A model generated the notes under the pieces. It was not told the DNA's origin, did no database searches, and worked only from the letters and a program-made list of their open reading frames with translations. A DNA stretch of 64,000 nt from Podarcis vaucheri (lineage: Eukaryota): the NCBI GenBank assembly GCA_965113315.1, contig OZ220364.1. The stretch is one strand, 5' to 3'. The position numbers and the translations under genes are program-made. Shown here one piece after another: positions 59,844 to 64,000 of this stretch (positions are counted from its first letter, which is position 1; each line of letters opens with the position of its first letter).

Positions 59844-62554
59844 CATAAAAACAAAAATTAGTTGCAGAGCACTTTTTAATACTTTGCATCTCCCATTTAA
59901 AGGTTCCCCCACTCACCCAGTCCTGCTAAGTCTAACTCCTTAGGGACTTTTATGGCTGTTTTTATGTAGATCAAAGGGCAGTTTGCAGAGTTTGTTTCCC
60001 CTCTCTCCCCCCACCCCCTATTTAGGATGTAACCCTTTTTTAGTCTTTTCTGAATAAAGATTTAGAGGGAAGGGGAAGAGGGGCTTGCAAGTGCTTTCCA
60101 GGGTGAGGACTGGATCTGTGGGGAGAAGAGACACGGAAATCAAATTTCTGATCATGTCTTCGTCCTCCTTCTCTTGGCTCTTACTTCATCATCATTTTCA
60201 TCTTTTTAAAGCAGCTGACATGCTCTTAGCCTAACAACAAGAGAATCCCCTTTGCAGTTCTTCCCCGTTGAGAGCTTCAGGCATTCAGAACTCTTGTTGG
60301 CCTTCAGTATGGGTGAGGATCTTTGGATATCTGTTTGAAAAACAAGCATTCGCTTTTTAAAAGTCTTTTTACACACTTGTAGGTTTCTACCAAAGCAACA
60401 AAAGGAGCAAAATTTCAAACAAACCAGTGATGGCAGTCACAATAGTTTTACTCAAAAGCATTACTTATCAGTGGAACTTCGTAAAGAGGAAAAGTCTGAG
60501 TTGGTGGTCTGTATTCTCTTGGCAATTAGGATGTGCTTCAGAGCTGTGGGTAATGCAAATGGAAGGCATTCTAGGTCGCAGGTAGAGGTGGAAGTGTGAA
60601 ATGATGAAGATCTGCTTTGGAAAAGCCTGGTGGGGGTATTCTTCCTAGGCTTTGTTTTCATTGATAATTAAATGGAGGTAGATGGAACCTTTTAAACTTT
60701 TTTAGTCTGCCTAGTACAGGCCTGCATAACTTGTGACCCACCAGTTAGGTAGGGTGGCCCTTTGGGACTAAATCAGTTTCCTGTTTTTGTCTGCCTGCCT
60801 GGGACTGCAGAAATGGGGTATTGGTCAAGTATCTGGCTAGAGGGTACAATGTTCAGTTGGTCTACATTTGGTCAGCTGATGCCGTGTTACTCACCCTAAA
60901 CCTAATACTTGGTACTTCCTGATGGGTAGAAACAATATGTCTCTTCCGCTGCTGTTCCCATACCATGAATGGTACTGTTACCAGCGTCGCGGTGTAACAT
61001 ATCCACCCTATAGTTCAGACAAGGGTTGGTTTTTTGCTTTGAGTGTTAAGAAAAAATCATTCAGGTTTTTTACAGAGCAAGCTCATCTGTTTGCCCTGGA
61101 CAGCACTTTGTGTTGCTAGCATACAGTAAGATGTGGTGCACCACCATGAACTTGGGGAATGTAGAATGTGATAGAGGAGTGGGGGACATTTTCAGAAGTT
61201 AACACTGTGTGTTTCTATCTTGCTGCCAAAAATTTGGAGTTACGTACTGAATTGAAACATGGATTTCCTTCAGATGTAATTTCTGCAAAGTAATAGCGGA
61301 GATATTGTGAGGAAGAAATAATTTTAAATTCACAGCCATTGGACAAACACAGAATTTTGCAAATGTTCAGGGACCCCAATATGAAAATGTTTCCAGTGGC
61401 AAGAAATAGATTCACAAAATGCAGAACCGGGAGCAGGCAAACAGAGAATCCAAGATATTGGAATATCCTCTCTTGAAAGATTAGCTAGCTGCTTAGGTGT
61501 CAAGTGGAGTTACGTTCCTAATCCGCTTCACATTCTTCTGATTTATAGTGAATGCCATGAGGCCATACTTAAAGCGCTGTTCGTAGGCAAGAAAAGATGG
61601 GGTTGCCCAGAATCCACAGTGTTTCACTTCTCAAATACATTCCTTTTCCTTCTGACTAGGGAAACCTTCTTACTCTTCTATCTTACTCCTCACTAGTTTA
61701 GGTTTCCGGTGAAGCTAGCCTGTCTTCTTTGCAGGAGGATATCGTTGGTTGTGATCCCTGTTTAGGTATAGACGATCTGGGGACACCCAAGGCTTTCTAT
61801 AGTCTTAGGCTGCGTCTGGGATCAGTTGTGTTTGGTCCATTTGAATTGTGTGCAGTCCAATTTTTGTAGCCCAGAGGCTTGGGACCGGTCCCCAACAGAT
61901 GGGAACATTCATCAGGCATGTATGTGATACACTGTTTGCACAGCCCAGAGAGTAATTCTGGAGTTGGTGGGGGCCTGATCCTCCTGCCCTTCTGCTTTGG
62001 CATTAAAAGCACCAAGCCAAAAATGAAAGACGCTCCCATGCAGACATGCCCTTTCTACTGCTCTGCTCATTCTTACGAAAGATAGTCTAGTTTTTCCTTT
62101 GGGTTAGCATCTCTGTTAACTCTGGGTCACCTTAGTGTAGCTGCAAATGCCCTTATTTGGCTGGGTACCTGCAGTAGACAACTTCCATGAAGATGGAGAA
62201 CATTCTCCCAAAACGACCATAAAGCCTGAGTCTATAAATGCATTCCTCCTTAATATTGGGTGTGCACTTGCTAGAGAACTACTTAGACCAGAACCATTTG
62301 TCATGGACAGCATTGACTACTATTTATATTGCCCATCTCTTACTGGGCACAGTGCATCTAGCCTTGAGGGATACATTTCATAGGTTAGGCTTTGTATACA
62401 AATAGACAGAAATCTTTTTGGGTCCCAAGCAACTATCAGCTGGATTATTGGAGCAATCATTAATTTATTTCTTGTGCTTTTGTGGGCCAGAATGAATAAG
62501 GTTTCCAAGCTCTGAGCAGAACTTAACTACACCTATTAAAAAAGAAACTTACAG

Positions 62555-62638
62555 TGCAATCCTAAGCATGTTTACTCAGAAGTAAGCACCATTGAATGCA
62601 ATGGGGTTTGCCCCCTAGTAAATGTGTTTAGGATTGCA
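62555..62638. mobile_element. Short palindromic MITE-like repeat
   Basis: TGCAATCCTAAGCATGTTTACT...AGTAAATGTGTTTAGGATTGCA; degenerate relatives near 17071, 24020, 39410 and 41297. Confidence 0.7.
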
Positions 62639-63614
62639 GCCTCCACTAATAATTTCCATTGAGATTAAATTTGCACTCTTCCCAGAGTGCTTTACAAATG
62701 GTGTTAACTCACTGATTATGTGTTAACCTTTGATTATGTGTGGTAGGCGTCCAGGAATATATATTGGGGCCTAAATCCAACTGACTTTCATTGAAATTTG
62801 TGGTTTGGAATATTTTTTGTGTTAAGCTTGTATCCAGTAAATGTGTCGTCCTGCAGTTCCCGAGTGGTAGAACTCCCACTGCAGTTTGTTTTGACTTGTT
62901 CAGACATTGCAACAGCCTGTAGGCAACAAAAAGCAACGGTCCAGTCCAGAAGGACTCTAATCTGTCATTTTGAACTGGGGAGTTTGTTTAACATGTAAAA
63001 GTGTAATATTTAGATTTATAATCTCACTCCCTTGCTCACCAGTATCTGCTTCATTTGCAGTAGTTGACCCACCTTTCCCCAACCTGGAAAAGCACTGGAA
63101 ACTCTAAGTTATCATTCTTTTTCATAAGGGTAATCCAGCTACTCACTGTCAGGTTTTTCCTCTGGAGTATTTTCATATTTAATGCAAGTACATCATTAGA
63201 TTTGCTTCCACAATTCCACCCTCCCATATTTGGGGGGCTAATATGCATTCCCAGATGATCTCAAAGTGCAGCTCTGTTTAGGATTTTTTTTTTAAATTAA
63301 CTTTTATGTTTGGTAAAACTGCTTTTTTTCAATGTGTATATTGTACTAGTATCTGTTGTGTTTTTTTAAAAGAACACCTAATTGGCTTCTTTCTTTTCTT
63401 TTTTGTATGGAGAGACGCTGTTGGCTGACTCTTGTGGTTGTGTTTGTTTTTGGTTGTAGCCTTTGAATGTCTGTGCCATGGGGCTTACCTGGTCTCCAAG
63501 GCCAGCAAACATGCCTCAGTCTTAAGGAAAGCTTGTTTGTTTAAAATATGTGAACATTTTTAAAACATACACACACAAATTTAAATTATGGGGGAGTAAT
63601 AATACTCTGCTGGA

Positions 63615-63668
63615 AATAAAATGTACTAAACTATTTTGGTAACTAACTTAAAGATCATAGGAAATAAA
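63615..63668 (+). terminator. Candidate distal UNK polyadenylation signals
   Basis: AATAAA at 63615-63620 and 63663-63668, after a U-rich stretch and before GU-rich sequence. A proximal AATAAA lies at 60053-60058. Confidence 0.5.
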
Positions 63669-64000
63669 CTCTTTGAATCGGGTCTACAGTGTTTATACAG
63701 AATTGCAGCCATTTTCGGGCTCTTTGGTGGTAACTGGTTTGTAACACTTAGTTTTGTAAACATTGTGTTTTATTGCTTCCTCTGCCTTTCTATGTGATTG
63801 TCCATAGTGAGACGATGATTTTGTGGGGGGCGATTTGTTTAGTCCTGAATTGCCACAGCTTTGTGTAACTCCAACAGAATCCTACAGAGGGTGTTAGATG
63901 TGTCACTGGTCTCCTCAAGCGTAACTTAGAGGTAGTTTCTTTGTCCTGTTTTTAAGGCCTGGCAACTCTATAGAATCTTGCTGGTTATCAGATTCCTCTT

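Overview
Vertebrate genomic DNA, almost certainly a squamate reptile (lizard), judged from Sauria SINEs, a Bov-B/RTE fragment and squamate-type MITEs. It holds three spliced protein-coding genes. (1) At about 1.2-8.2 kb (+) there is a gene the ORF track misses. Six small GT-AG exons with matching phases assemble into a 127-aa phosphotyrosine-binding (PTB/PID, Dab/JIP-like) domain ending in ...FKHTEWFV*. I cannot assign it to a named gene and its 5' end is unresolved; it is the most interesting item here. (2) Histone H3.3 gene H3-3B/H3F3B (-), CDS 9712-10514, with a non-coding exon 1 and a TATA/CCAAT-rich promoter. (3) UNK (unkempt; +), 16 coding exons at 15569-59730 encoding 808 aa, divergent from H3-3B. 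UNK also has a frame-preserving 48-nt candidate cassette exon and a NAGNAG acceptor. The introns carry many transposon relics: Tc1/mariner-type and hAT-type MITEs, Sauria SINEs, Bov-B and L1/Tx1 fragments, a solo LTR, and a Penelope-type fragment with a hammerhead-ribozyme core. There is one assembly gap (9125-9290). All coordinates were read by eye and no database searches were run.
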